Positions 37,994 to 51,546 of a DNA stretch of 64,000 nt are shown one piece after another. Position 1 is the stretch's first letter, and the number at the start of each line of letters is the position of its first letter. Source of the DNA: Octopus sinensis (lineage: Eukaryota); NCBI RefSeq assembly GCF_006345805.1, contig NC_042997.1, positions 144,088,001 through 144,152,000 of the forward strand, given 5' to 3'. Position numbers and translations under genes: made by a program. The notes under the pieces were generated by a model. It was given only the letters and a program-made list of their open reading frames with translations, was not told the DNA's origin and did no database searches.

Positions 37994-39056
37994 ATCTATC
38001 TATCTATATCTATCTATATATATATATATATATCTTGAGATGGTAAACGTTTTTAATTTTCATTCCTTTCGTGAATTTATCCTTTTTGTGGTTTTGAGAT
38101 TTCTACTGCTCTTTCTAGCACAACGCTTTCCTATTTGGAAGCCTCTTATTGTATTTCTATATGAATAATATATAGTCTAATGACTAATTTGTTTTTTGTG
38201 CTAGGCCACTGGTAATAATAATTTATTATTACTCTACTTTATTATGTTTATATATGACGAAAACCGGTTTGAATCAATATATATATATTTTATCAATTTT
38301 TCAAAATTTTCCATACACCCATTTTCAATAAAATCTTCTTTCAATTTAGCATTCTGCCTTTTTATAATTTTTGACGAACAGGACGCATCATCCGGTTCAA
38401 AGTTTGAAACCACCACATCGCAAACGTGCTTGCAACATCGTATTAACAATGCTATATGCCCTCATATAGTGATACATAAATGGGTATCACTAACAGAGAG
38501 GAAGTGAACAAAAGAGATTTCCGACTCACATCAAACTCATCCTTACATATCGTTGTATGATCAAGAGCGTCAAGAGGCAACCGCGAAAGTTTGTCAGTAC
38601 GGCAAAAGCTTATCAGTACTGAGTTATTCAAATACGGGAAATATCTTATACACAGGTGCAGTATGTATGACTGTGTAGTTAAGAAACTTACTTTGCAGCC
38701 ATGTGGTTTCGGTTTCCTTCCCTAGGTGCAACTGCGCTATATAAGATTAAGTCTAAATTTTGTTCTATATTATATCAGTCAAATGTTTCACAAATATCGT
38801 AGATGTTACACACACAAGCGCGCGCGCACGTTATATATTAGGTATCATTTCGATTTCGGAAAGATATTGCTTTCTATACCTAGACAGAAGCAAAATATAT
38901 TATAGATTATTACATCCGCTCCTACAATGATTATCCAGCTTAAACTGCAATAGCTGAATTCAATATCTAATCTGCAAGTCCATCTACCAATCCAGGTGAT
39001 AGTATTTTTATTTCTTAATATACCGAATGCACTATATATATATGTATATATATATA

Positions 39057-39088
<32 letters not shown>

Positions 39089-39184
39089 CAATGTTCCATT
39101 GTGTGGTGCATCGCTCTAGAATCTGATAAAATAGTCTCTATCGAGTTTGTGACTGCGATTCCGATCTGTGGGTATTGTTTAAAT

Positions 39185-39211
39185 TTATAATATATATATA
39201 TAATATATATA

Positions 39212-39263
<52 letters not shown>

Positions 39264-39282
39264 TATATATATATGTATGTAT

Positions 39283-39335
<53 letters not shown>

Positions 39336-39336
39336 C

Positions 39337-39386
<50 letters not shown>

Positions 39387-39394
39387 ATATGTAT

Positions 39395-39441
<47 letters not shown>
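39185..39441. repeat. (TA)n microsatellite
   Basis: Direct reading. Confidence 0.95.
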
Positions 39442-42400
39442 CTTAGAATAACTTAGAAAGGTTTTAGCCAGTATTGGCCCAGGCCATGTCTAACTTAATA
39501 GCACCACCTGGTGAAGTCTTTCAGTTCGAGCAGAGAGTTATTGTTTGCGGAGACATATCCGGGTGTGGGTGGTTTGTCCGGTACTGTTTGAAGGAATTTG
39601 TCCAAAGACTTCTTGAATTTTGTGTGGTCAGTTTCTTTTTTGACGTGCTCTGGTGTAATGTTGAAGAGAGCAGGTCCAATTGAGGTGAAATAGTTGTGCC
39701 GTATTGTCGTTATGTGATGCGATTTAGATTTTTGTTGTGGACGGATGGCACGTGGTCCAAGCCTTGGATGCATTTTGAAGGTGATGCCAACATCATTCGG
39801 ACAGTGCTGGTGGAATATTTTCCACATCATACAGATAATGTAGCGTTCACGGCGTCGTTGGAGTGAATACAATTTCAGCTTCTCTAGTCTACCCCAGTAG
39901 TCAAGGTCTGACATGCCATCTATCTTTTTTGTGATTGACCTTTGGGGAGCTTCAATTCTCATAATATTTTGTTTTGTGTAGGGAGACCACAGTGGACAGC
40001 AGTATTCAAGGTGGGGTCGGGCAAAAGTGGAGAAGAGAAGGATAATAGCGTGGGAATCTCTCGACTGGAAGGTTCTGAGAATCCAGGAACACATTCTGCG
40101 GGCCATGTCAACTTTGCTGCTTATATGTGTAGCCCAGCTTATGTTGTTGTCCACTGTTACTCCCAGGTCTCTGATGTTGTTGGATGCCATGAGAATTTCT
40201 CCAGAAGGAAGAGAGTATGGGAGTTTCAGAGCGTCCTCCCTTCCAAAGTGGATCAGTTCAAATTTGTCTTCATTTAGCAACATGTTATTCTTTTCCGCCC
40301 ATTGGACAACAGCCAGTAGGTCTGACTGAAGGTTTATTCGGTAATCCACGCCATTGATGACCTTCTGGAGCTTGGAGTCATCAGCGAAGGTTCTGATGTT
40401 ACTGTGTTTGATGGTATCAGTAATATCATTTATGTAGATGATGAAGAGAAGTGGGCCCAACACAGTGCCTTGTGGGACACCACTGCTGACTTTGGCTGGG
40501 CTGGATTTGACTCCTTCGACTACAACATGTTGGGTTCTGTTAGACAGGAAGCACTTGATCCACTGCAGCAACTTTCCAGTGACACCAATATTGGACAGCT
40601 TTCTCAGAAGGATCTTATGATCAACCCTGTCAAAGGCCTTGCTGAAATCAAGGTAGATGACATCAGTGTTGGAACCTTCTCCCTAGGCTCTCAAAATGTC
40701 ATCAAAATGATGCAGTAGCTGCGTCAGGCAATCTCTCCCATTACGGAATCCATGCTGGTTGGGGTTCAGCATATTATGCCTCTCAAGGAAGTGAGTCATA
40801 CGCGATCTCAGCACCCTCTCAAACCTTGATGATATGAGAGGTGAGTGAGATTGGACGGTAATTCACGGCAAGCGATTTGTTTCCTTTTTTGAAAACTGGG
40901 ACAACAGACTGGGATAGAAGGTCTTCTGGTATATATCCAGCATCCAGTGAGTTCCGCCACAGATTGGCTAGAGGGGGTGCAAGTTGGTTTTGACACATCT
41001 TCAAGACACAAGCAGGGAACCTATCGGGACCTACTGCTGAATTATGCTTCATTTCCTTTATTGCTGCTAAGACATCAGGAGCGCCAAATGTTATGTCCGA
41101 TAAAGTGTATGGAGAGTAACATCACTGATACAGCCCAGATCAGTCATATCAGGATTGCTGAAAACAGAGCAATATTGTTTCTGCAATATCTCCCCATGGT
41201 TTTGGCATTGTCTTGAAGAGTACCATTTTCATCAATCAGAGGGCCAACAGTAGAACCAGTGACTCTGTGTTTTTTTGCAAATGAAAAGAACACTTTGGGA
41301 TTGAGTTTGATCTTCTCAATGGCCCAGGCCTCTTCAGCTCTTCGCTGATATTGATGATAGACATCATGTTGTTTTGGAGTTTATGTTTTTTAATCTCTAG
41401 CGACGAGATGGCAGTCAGGTTGGTGTGTTGCTGTTGACAGTATTTCAGCATGTTGATCTTTTTGTTGATTCTTTTAATTTTCCTTATGAGAGATTTTCTA
41501 TTTCTAGGGATTCGACACTTAGATTTGTTTGCAGATCTTAATGGGGTGTGTCTTGCACATATGTTCGTGATGGTGTCTACAGTGACTGCCAGGACTTTGA
41601 TGTTAGTGGGTGTGTATGTGTGCGTGAAGGACCAATCGACTTGTGCAAGATCATTATTGATCGCTTCCCAGTTTGCATTGTGGAAATCCATAGTGTCAAA
41701 TGGATGAACAGGAGGGATGACATTTGTTTTGCATTTTGGCCAGTGAAATCTCAGATCACAGAGAACCATGTCATGGTCGGAGAGTAGGGTTTTCTCCACT
41801 GCAACATTGTGGATAGTATCAGTGTGATTGCTGAAAATTAAGTCTAAGACGTTTTTGTGACATCTCGTTGGTTCGAGTACCAGTTGGGACAAGAAGAAGT
41901 CATCCATGAAGTCAAGAAGCGATTCCACCTGCCTCCCTCAGGGGTTGAGAGAGAAGAACCTGGCGGCAGACTGTTTGTAGACCAGTCAACCCCGGGAAGG
42001 TTGAAGTCTCCCATCATTAAATGTTGTCAGGTTGACACTGCTGAATGAAACACTTTATGCTGTTGAGGCATTCCTTGAAGCATGGTAGGGGCGTTTGGGG
42101 TGGTCTGTAGAGCCCAACTACTGTTAAGTTGTTGGTTTGACTGAATACAGCGACTGCTTCGCAGTATCCATTCGAAAATATGTTCATGGCTTCTGTTGAG
42201 AATGAATCATGGACATAAATGGCAATCCCACCCTTTCTTCTGCCAGCACGATCAGCACGAATGGTTTTGAAATTTTTAACTTTCACCTCGGCTTCCAAGT
42301 GGAGGTCACTAAGATGGGTTTCAGTGAGGACGAAGAAAGGGATGTGGTTTGGATGGGCCTCGACCCAGTCCTCCAGGAATCTTATCTTCCATTTTTGTGT

Positions 42401-42901
42401 ATTGGTGGAAGGGCTGATGCCTTGGGCATTAAGCAGAAATGTTGAGACGAGAGTTTTAATTGTTTTGGTGATTTGTTTATTTGATTGCTTTTTAATGGCA
42501 TGTGCAGTGGGGTATTTGTGGTGGATGGTGGTGGGTGATAGCTCGGATGTTTTTTTCCAGTTCTTTTGCTAGATTCATCATAGCTAAAAAGGAGGAAGAA
42601 GAGGTGGTTTCCTGTCTAGGGAACCGCAGGTGACTGTGGCCGCGGCTATTTTTATGTAAGTGGTTATCTTTAAATGTCCGACGAGTCCCCGGGAGATGGG
42701 TAAAGGGGCAATCCCTGTGCAGACACAATCTGTCTCGCTGGGAATAGCGGCAGATTTGGGGATTCCTTGTTTGAGATATTGGTGGTTGTGGTGGTGTTGT
42801 ATTATGGTGGTTGCTGTTGTAGTTTGTGGGGATAGAGCGTTTTGTTCCAGGTAAATGGGTGAATTGGATAGAGCGTTTTGTTCCAGGTAAATGGGTGAAT
42901 T
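39442..42901 (-). mobile_element. CR1-group LINE, about 3.4 kb: ORF1 C-terminus (CCCH finger) and frameshifted ORF2 (APE plus RT), with tandem-repeat tail
   Basis: CRYSQRDRLCLHRDCPFTHLPGT; FLLNAQGI..LTETHL..RADRAGRRKGGIAIY; IIMGDFNLP; NYRPISLTSHIIK; GVPQGTVLGPLLFIIYIND, FADDSKL, RLEKLKLYSLQRRRERY; tail ttctaagtt repeats; (TA)n on both sides. Confidence 0.95.
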
Positions 42902-42929
42902 TATATATATATATCTTTTACGTGTTTCA

Positions 42930-43290
42930 ATTATTGGACTGTAACCATGCTGGGGCACCGCCTTGAAGCGTTATTCGAGCAAATCTACTCCGGTATTTTT
43001 TGTTGTTCAGTCTGCTGCTTATTCTCTTGGCCCCTTTGGTCGAACCGCTAGGTTACGGGGATGTCATCAAACCACCATCAGTTGTCAAGTGGTGTGTCGG
43101 GAGGGGACACATGAAAAACACAAAGACATTGAAACGCAGGCAAATACAATTTCCGTGAGCCAAATTCACTCACAAGACTATAGTCGGTCAGGGGCTATGG
43201 CAGAAGGCACTTGCCCAAAGTACCGCTAAGTGGAACTGAACCTGGAACTGTATGGTTGGGAAGCAATCACCACACAGCCATGCCTACTCG
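42930..43290 (-). mobile_element. SINE family B
   Basis: Similarity to other copies. Confidence 0.8.
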
Positions 43291-43458
43291 TACATACATA
43301 CATACATACATACATACATACATACCGACATACCTACATACATACATACATACATATTTATATATACTTATACATACATATATGTATGTACGTATATGTA
43401 CGTATATGTGTGTGTGTGTTTATATATGTATATGTGTATATGTATATATATATGTGTG

Positions 43459-43490
<32 letters not shown>

Positions 43491-43840
43491 ATATATATAT
43501 TATATATATTATATAATATATATATATATATTCATACATATACATATATGTATGTGTGTATATATACATACATACATATATATATGACAGGTGTTTTTTA
43601 TTTATTTTATTTTATAATTTCTAAAATGAATACAGAAATTTCTATAAGAACTGTGTTTTTTCCATTTCAATGAAAGTATAGAAACGCATTATTTCATTTA
43701 AAACATTTACCAGAATCAATAAATTTATCAGAATGTTATAAAGGCACACATCATAAAATATATAATATCATTTGAGAATTTTAAAATTATATGCATTCAT
43801 GCAACGCTCTCTCTATATATATATATATCTATTTATCTAT

Positions 43841-43931
<91 letters not shown>

Positions 43932-43947
43932 CTATCTATATATATAT

Positions 43948-43999
<52 letters not shown>

Positions 44000-44100
44000 T
44001 ATCTATATATGTTTGTGTGTATGGATGTGTGTATGTCTGTATGTATGTATATAAGTATGTATATATATATGTATATATGTATAAATATATATGTATATGT

Positions 44101-44145
<45 letters not shown>

Positions 44146-44165
44146 ATATGTGTATATATATATAT

Positions 44166-44210
<45 letters not shown>

Positions 44211-44255
44211 TATATTATATAATATATATATATATATATTATATATATATACATA
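43280..44255. repeat. Compound (ACAT)/(TA)/(ATCT)n microsatellite block
   Basis: Direct reading. Confidence 0.9.
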
Positions 44256-44256
44256 T

Positions 44257-44832
44257 TTGATCAATAAGTATCCGGACTGTTACTATAATAACGAAGCTAA
44301 AGCACAAAGAGTGAAGTCGCTTGGCACAGATTGACCTTGAACCCTGTTTTGCATGTGCACTAAGTTTTAACGCTCTAGCTCACTTCCGCTGTTTACAGCA
44401 GTGCCTGAAAGGAAGGTGTGTAGTGTGTGATTGTCGCAGAAAATCAGCATCAAATTTTGCCAAAAGCTTGGCGCTACCTGCTCTGAGGTCTACGCAAAGT
44501 TTTCAAAAATATTACGTTTTTCGACCATCTTGGAAACATCTGAACCACTCATACACTTTTGTGTGGTTCATACACTCCTCTCCATACACTTTCTGCAACT
44601 TTGCTTTGGTCTCTGAGGAGGTATCACCATGACAACTTTGTCATGGTCAATGCGACGATCACACGCTACAGAACTTCCTTCCAAGCACTGTTGTAAGCAG
44701 CGAAAGCAAGCTAGAACGTTAAAACTTAGTGCGCATGCACAACAGTGTTCAAGGTCAATCTGTGCCAAGCGGCCCTACTTTAGCTTTGTTACTATGATAA
44801 CAGTCCGAATACTTATTGATCAGACCTCGTAT
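44257..44832 (+). mobile_element. Mariner-derived MITE with about 185-bp TIRs
   Basis: tgatcaataagtatccggactgtt.. versus ..aacagtccgaatacttattgatcagacctcgta; internal QKISIKFCQKLGATCSEVYAKF (mariner N-terminus); in (TA)n. Confidence 0.88.
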
Positions 44833-44837
44833 ATGTG

Positions 44838-44939
<102 letters not shown>

Positions 44940-44949
44940 CATATATATA

Positions 44950-45057
<108 letters not shown>

Positions 45058-45098
45058 CACATATATATGTACATATATATATATATATATAAATAGAA

Positions 45099-45180
45099 AG
45101 ACTTCACCAGGTGGTGCTATTAAGTTAGACATGGCCTGGGCCAATAATGGCCGAAACCTATCAAAGTATCAAAGTATCGA
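45099..45180 (+). mobile_element. Extreme 3' end of the CR1-group LINE family seen at 39442-42901
   Basis: gacttcaccaggtggtgctattaagttagacatggcctgggccaata is identical to the 39442-element end; tail tatcaaag repeats. Confidence 0.9.
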
Positions 45181-45181
45181 A

Positions 45182-45221
<40 letters not shown>

Positions 45222-45250
45222 GTATATATATATACATATATATACACATA

Positions 45251-45420
45251 TACGAGGTCTGATCAATAAGTATTCGGACTGTTGTTAAATTAAATTTAAA
45301 TGTTGAAGTGAATCTAACGGATTTGTGTGTTTCTTAAATGGCTTATAAACACCTTCCACGCTGCAATTGTTTTCCTTCCAGCACACGATCTCAGATCAAG
45401 TCACTCGCTATGCAAGTTCA
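45251..45420 (+). mobile_element. Isolated mariner left TIR and 5' flank
   Basis: tacgaggtctgatcaataagtattcggactgtt is the exact reverse complement of 44800-44832. Confidence 0.7.
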
Positions 45421-45440
45421 TCTCCGTAATATATTTATAT

Positions 45441-45829
45441 CTGATAAGGTACCTCCAACATTAACTCTCGCTTCCATCTTACCATGAAATTGTCTAAGCC
45501 GTCTCATAAATTTTTCAGGGCATCCTAACTTTTTTAGGATCTCCCAAAGTGAAATTCTATTGATAGAATCAAACGCTTATTTATATATATATAATATATA
45601 TATATAAATACTTTTTTAGGATCTCCCAAAGTGAAATTCTATTGATAGAATCAAACGCTTATTTATATATATATAATATATATATATAAATAAGCGTTTG
45701 ATTCTATCAATAGAATTTCACTTTGGGAGATCCTAAAAAAGTTAGGATGCCCTGAAAAATTTATGAGACGGCTTAGACAATTTCATGGTAAGATGGAAGC
45801 GAGAGTTAATGTTGGAGGTACCTTATCAG
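45441..45829. repeat. Perfect foldback of RTE sequence (about 143-bp arms) plus an exact 82-bp tandem duplication
   Basis: 45441-45583 is the reverse complement of about 45687-45829; 45529-45610 equals 45611-45692. Confidence 0.92.
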
Positions 45830-47130
45830 GTCCAATTTCTGTAGAAAATGGTGTAAAGCAAGGTGATATTCCTGCTCCTAAACTATTTTCTATATATTTC
45901 GCAATAGTCTTTCAAATACCTTTTAAAGATTGCCCTGAAGGGGTCTATATAAGATATAGGGCAACAGGAAAACTGTTCAGTCTCAAAAGACTCTGTGCCA
46001 AAACGAAAGTTCTACATTCTCACCTTGTTGAATTTCTGTATGCAGATGATTGTGACCTGTTGGCACATTCTCAGAAAGATATGCAGCACATGGTGAATGC
46101 GATCTGCAGTATGTGCTGCATTGGGTCGAACAATCAATCTAAAAAAACTTATAATGTACCTCCATGATGTATAGTCAAAGACCGTATCTAGATTTATTTA
46201 TTTAGGAAGTACCTTGAGCACTGCTGGTCTTGAGGATGAAATTTCATACAGAATCAGCAGGGCTAGTAGTGCCTTTGGTAGGTCTGATAGGCGTCTATGG
46301 AAATAACATAATATATCTTCACAAATTAAAGTTAGGGTATATAACACATGCGTCCTCCCATCTTTACTATATGGAAGTGAGGCATGGATTGTTTACCGTA
46401 GGCAGGTAAGGCAATAGGAACGATTTCATCAATACTGTCTGAGAGATATTCTGGGGATAAACTGGAAAATGGCCATTAGTAATGTGGAGGTGCTCGAGAG
46501 GAATGGAAGTAGAAATATATAGTCAATGATTTTACAAAGACGTTTGAGGTGGGTGGGGGACAATTGGTAAGGATGAGTGATGAGCGACTGCCCAAGCAGC
46601 TATTGTATGGTGAGCTGGAAGATGGCAGGAGACCAGCGCATAAGCCTAAACTAAGGTTTAAGGATTGCCTTAAAAATGCTCTAATACAGACAGGAATTAC
46701 AGCTGGTAATTGGGAGAAGGAGGCACAAGTGCATGATGGTTGTTCAAGGTTTGAGAGGGAGAGAGTGAAGTATGAGAGAATTAAGAGAGGACTTAGAAGC
46801 GGGGAACCTGTGAAAAGTGAGTGTTGCTTTTTAAGTGTGTGGTTTGCGGGCGGAGGTGTTTGACACCGTTCAGGCCTGGTGAGCCATCAAAATTCTCATA
46901 GAAATCGACCCATGATAAACAATGATTTGGCTATTAAAATTCATAACAGAACGTGTGTAAAATGTGGAACGGTGTACCTCTCAGTTAGAGGTCTAAAAAG
47001 ACATGTTAAGAGAGTGCATATGGTGGCACCTGTTTCTCCTGCCTACCAGCCAGCACAGTTGTCTAGTAGGTAATAAAATGTGTAAAAGCTTGGCCGGGCT
47101 TAAAAGTCATAAGGGTATCACATGGCAACA
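45690..47130 (+). mobile_element. RTE-clade LINE, 5'-truncated and degraded, with C-terminal C2H2 zinc fingers
   Basis: KAFDSINRISLWEILKKLGCP, NGVKQGDIPAP.LFSIYF, FLYADDCDL, RMSDERLPKQLLYGEL..PKLRFKDCLK, CVKCGTVYLSVRGLKRHVKRVH. Confidence 0.92.
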
Positions 47131-47193
47131 ATCATGATTCATTTCAGTAAGTCTTCTTGGCAATGGCTTCTCTCGTGTAACGAGAATGCAGCT

Positions 47194-47269
<76 letters not shown>

Positions 47270-47564
47270 TATATATATACATATGTATTTGCATATATAT
47301 AACATATAGTCATTCATACATTTATATGTATATACATATATATATATACATAATAATAATAATAATAAAGAGTAAAATTATAAATGATTTTTACCAAGTG
47401 GTCAGCGTGGAAATAAAACCTCATTATATACATAATCATAACAAGGGCTTGGCTTGTGCCTCACCATTCACTGAAAAGACACTATTACCACCATAAATTC
47501 TCCGAGAAAAACACACTTCATTCTAGGTTGGTAGAAGAAAGAAAATGAATTAAGACTTTGGTTA

Positions 47565-47635
47565 ACCGCGTACATGATCGTGTTTCGGCCTTAAAATAAT
47601 AAAAAAATTACCTTTTTGCCTTCATCAGCGTCGGT
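47565..47635 (-). ncRNA. Type-I hammerhead ribozyme motif in a probable solo pLTR (about 47370-47650)
   Basis: Minus: ACCG(A)CG-CTGATGA-a-GGC(28-nt AT-rich loop)GCC-GAAA-CA(cgatca)TG-TA-CG-CGGT. Confidence 0.65.
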
Positions 47636-47738
47636 GTACCCTGGCATATAAATACGAGTGGCCAGAGATATGTAAGCGAGCTGCGTCTTCGCTTAGCTTA
47701 TACCTGTCGAAACTCGCAGAGATATGCATATATAAGCG

Positions 47739-48536
47739 ATGCCCTATTCTAAGCCCGAATCAAATATAAATACATATATTCACACACATACACATATATA
47801 TATATATATACATACATATACACATATATATACACACTTACATATATCTGATATTTATAATATGGCATCGCTTATATATGCATACACTTTGCTATATATG
47901 TATATGTGTGTGTATACAAATATATGTATATATACGTATATTCGTATGCATATATATTTATACAATTTATATACACATATATTCTTATACCTATATATGT
48001 GTGTATGTATGTATGTATGTATGTATGTATGTATTGTATGTATGTATGTATGTATGTATGTATGTATGTATAGATGTGTGTGTGTATGTGTGTGTGTATC
48101 AAATAAAGGTAGGATAATAAAGTACCTATATTGAAACTTTTATATTCGAAAACAGGAAGGTTTTATTCCAAAATATTTATGACTGCGAAGATGTTGACAA
48201 TAATATTCTATAAAATAAGCTGTTTTTGCTATTTCATATCTGATATTTTTTAATATGGCGTCTATTTATTCATTTATTTATTTATTTATTTTTTTTTTGC
48301 TTTTTCGTTTTGTTTTCAACAAGTTGTTATAAATGCAGCCATTGTCAAGTAGAAATTATTATTGAAAGCTTCCATATCTCTTCATCTCTAGATTTCTGCT
48401 TAGGGCAACAAAATCAAGCATTTCTGTGAAAAACACCGACAAGTAGAATTGGCTATTTACATATATGCCCGCATAATACATACATACATACATACATATA
48501 TACATACATACATACATACATACATACATACATACA

Positions 48537-48570
<34 letters not shown>

Positions 48571-49350
48571 CATACATATATACATACATACATATATACA
48601 TACATGCATACATACTTACGTACATACATACATACATACAAACTTACGTACGTACATACATAACATACATACATACATACATACATACTTACGTACATAC
48701 ATACATACATACTCGCACACCACACACATATGTGTGTGTGTGTGTGTGTTATATTGCGTGCGTGTGTACGTATTATATACACAGATATGTAACATTCATA
48801 CACATATCTAATATATTAATATAAAATATCAATATATGAAATGAATGTAATACATTAATATGATATATATACATACACAGTCATACATAAATACTTACAT
48901 ACATAAATACATACATGGGTAGATGCATACATAAATATATACATACATTTGTACATACATGAATATATATATATATATATACATACATACATGCATACAC
49001 AAATGCATACATACGCAAACATACATACATGCATACATACAAACACATACATACACATACATACTTACAAACATACCTACATACATATATACACACACAT
49101 ACACCTACACAAATATACTTATAGGCATATATGCCACAACATACATACATACAAACATACCTACACACACATATATATATATGTATATATATATATATAT
49201 GCACATACATATATATATACATGCCTACATACATACAAACATATCTACAGACATATATACATACATGTATATACAGACATATATACATACATGTATATAC
49301 AAACACATACATACATATATACACATACATACATACATACATACATAATA
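47739..49350. repeat. Long compound (TA)/(ATGT)/(ACAT)/(CA)n low-complexity block
   Basis: Direct reading; source of many spurious ORFs. Confidence 0.9.
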
Positions 49351-49619
49351 GCTGATAATCCCGTTTATAATAACGCAAACAAGTTGAAAACCCGTTGTAC
49401 TCAAGGACACTCCAAGTTGTTTTCTGAAAGAGTGGTTCACCGATCGATACCGTTATTTTTTTTAATGTTATTGATCTTAGATATTATTATCACCTGTTAA
49501 GAACAAAACTATCACCATTTCGAATATTATGAAGTTTTAATGAAGGTGTAAAAAAAAAAAAGGAGACCCTGTAACATCGTGACATTCAATGAATTCAAAT
49601 TCTTTTCCTCTTTCGATCG

Positions 49620-50050
49620 CTGCTGCTGCTGCTGCTACTACTACTACTACTACTGCTACTACTACTACTACTACTACTATACTACTACTACGTTGTTATT
49701 CATCATCATCATAGTCAAATATACCGTAATCGTGATTTCTTCTTTTTTTCTTCTCCTCCTCGTCGTCGTCGTTGTCATAGTTATCCTCCTCCTCTTCCTC
49801 CTTTTTCTCCTTCCTCCTCCTCCTCATCATCATCATCATCATCATCATCACCATCACGAATATCGTCGTCGTTGGCGTTATCGCCATCGTAACCATCTTC
49901 TTTTTCCTCTTTTTCGTCTTCTTCTTCTTCCTTCTTCTTCTCCTCTTCCTTCTCCTCCTCCTGCTGCTGCTCCTCCTCCTCCTCCTCCTCCTCCTTCTTC
50001 TTCTTCTTCTTCTTCTTTCTTCTTCTTCTTCTTCTTCTTCCCTATCCTTA
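49620..50050. repeat. Compound trinucleotide microsatellite (CTG/CTA/CAT/CTT/CCT)
   Basis: Direct reading. Confidence 0.9.
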
Positions 50051-50380
50051 TTCTCCGCCACCACTTCTTCCGCTCGCCCCCACCTAATCGCCTCCTCTTA
50101 ATCAGAAGACGAACGTTCTGTCAAATCATTTGATACTCGAGTAATATAATTTTTTTTTTTAAAATTTAAATTTAAATTTTTTTAATTTAATTTCTTTATT
50201 TTTAGCTATTCCATGAAACCTTATCTTCAGAGAGGCTGATCTCGGAATGATGTAACAACTGAAAAGAAAGAGGAAATGGTAAATGTTCGTTTCTGGTAAT
50301 TAACTCACCTTAAAGGTGAACAAAGTACTTACCAGCAAGGCAAGATGTGTTGATGGCGGTTTTGGTGTTGGTGATGATAA

Positions 50381-50414
<34 letters not shown>

Positions 50415-50929
50415 GGTGGTGGTGGTGGTGGTGGTGGTGGTGGAGGAGGAGGAGGCGGAAGTTGTGATACTGGATCGATGGAAATTGGCGATAGATTTGG
50501 ATGCAAATGGAAAGACAAAATTACACAAGTAAAAATAGAGAAGATACAATTTAGATAAAATGATAGAATTACTCCAAGGAAAACTACTGGCGGTAATCGA
50601 AGTGAAAAAGTGAGGGCCCCTATAATGCTCTGTGATACTCATTCTACTAGAAATAGCAGCAAAATCTCCTAGCGTGAATTACCGTGGGAGATTCAACGGA
50701 ATCGTAGTGATTTAGTTGCCAGATACAGCAACTGTATTCCTCTAAAGTCATGCAATACGGTCTTTAAAATACAACTCATTGACCAGTGTTGTTGAAAATG
50801 AGTTCCCAGGACTTCATGTTTCTTCGAAAATATTTTTGGGTTTCAGAAAATAAAGAAATAATTTAATTAAAAAATAATAATTTATCTTGTAAAAGAAGTG
50901 GTACACAGATATCCTGCAAAGAATAACAG

Positions 50930-51200
50930 ATACTTGCCCGTTCTTGCACACAAGCGCACTGTCTCCTCCTTCTGCTCTTTCTACCGCTGCTATAATGGCC
51001 TCTGCTCATCGGATCTGATTGAGCTTGTGCCACCTCCACTCGGATATTACTTTTTCTCCCGCCTCCACTTTATCATCCTCGTCGTGTCCAACCCCAAAAC
51101 CACTAATTACTACTCTCAGACCTTCCTTCCCAAAATATCGGCTCTTTGCAATTCCCCCCCCCTACCCCGTTGCTCATATCTTCTGTAGATGTCGACATGT
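50930..51200 (+). mobile_element. CR1-group (Zenon-like) LINE 3' end
   Basis: LAHKRTVSSFCSFYRCYNGLCSSDLIELVPP..SQTFLPKISALCNSPP. Confidence 0.7.
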
Positions 51201-51546
51201 CATCAATCTCAATGAATAGAAGCGTCTCTGAATGGCGGGAGATATGAGTTCGTTCCCTACAGGAAACTTTCGAACTTTTCCATTCAAAACTGTTTCTCAA
51301 CCCAATATTTACATGCTGTTGTTTATAGCTTTATGTATGCGCTTCGAGATATTCCAAGAAAGTTTATAAAATTCTTATGTTGTCAACAATACATGCTTAC
51401 TCAGACATACGCACTCGCACCCACACATTCGTAAGTACGTGCATAGGTACATGTATGTATGTACTTCTGTATGCAATGCATGTATACACACACACATATA
51501 CAAACAAACACACACACACATATATATATATATGTATGTATAATAT

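Noticed and set aside
38452-38515. Candidate terminal exon on the minus strand (good acceptor then IPIYVSLYEGI*) overlapping a 9-bp hairpin
   Set aside because: Too short, with no partner exon or homology; needs RNA-seq
39105-39160. CTGATAA-aATAG(tct)CTATc motif
   Set aside because: GAAA and stem III are missing; too degenerate to call
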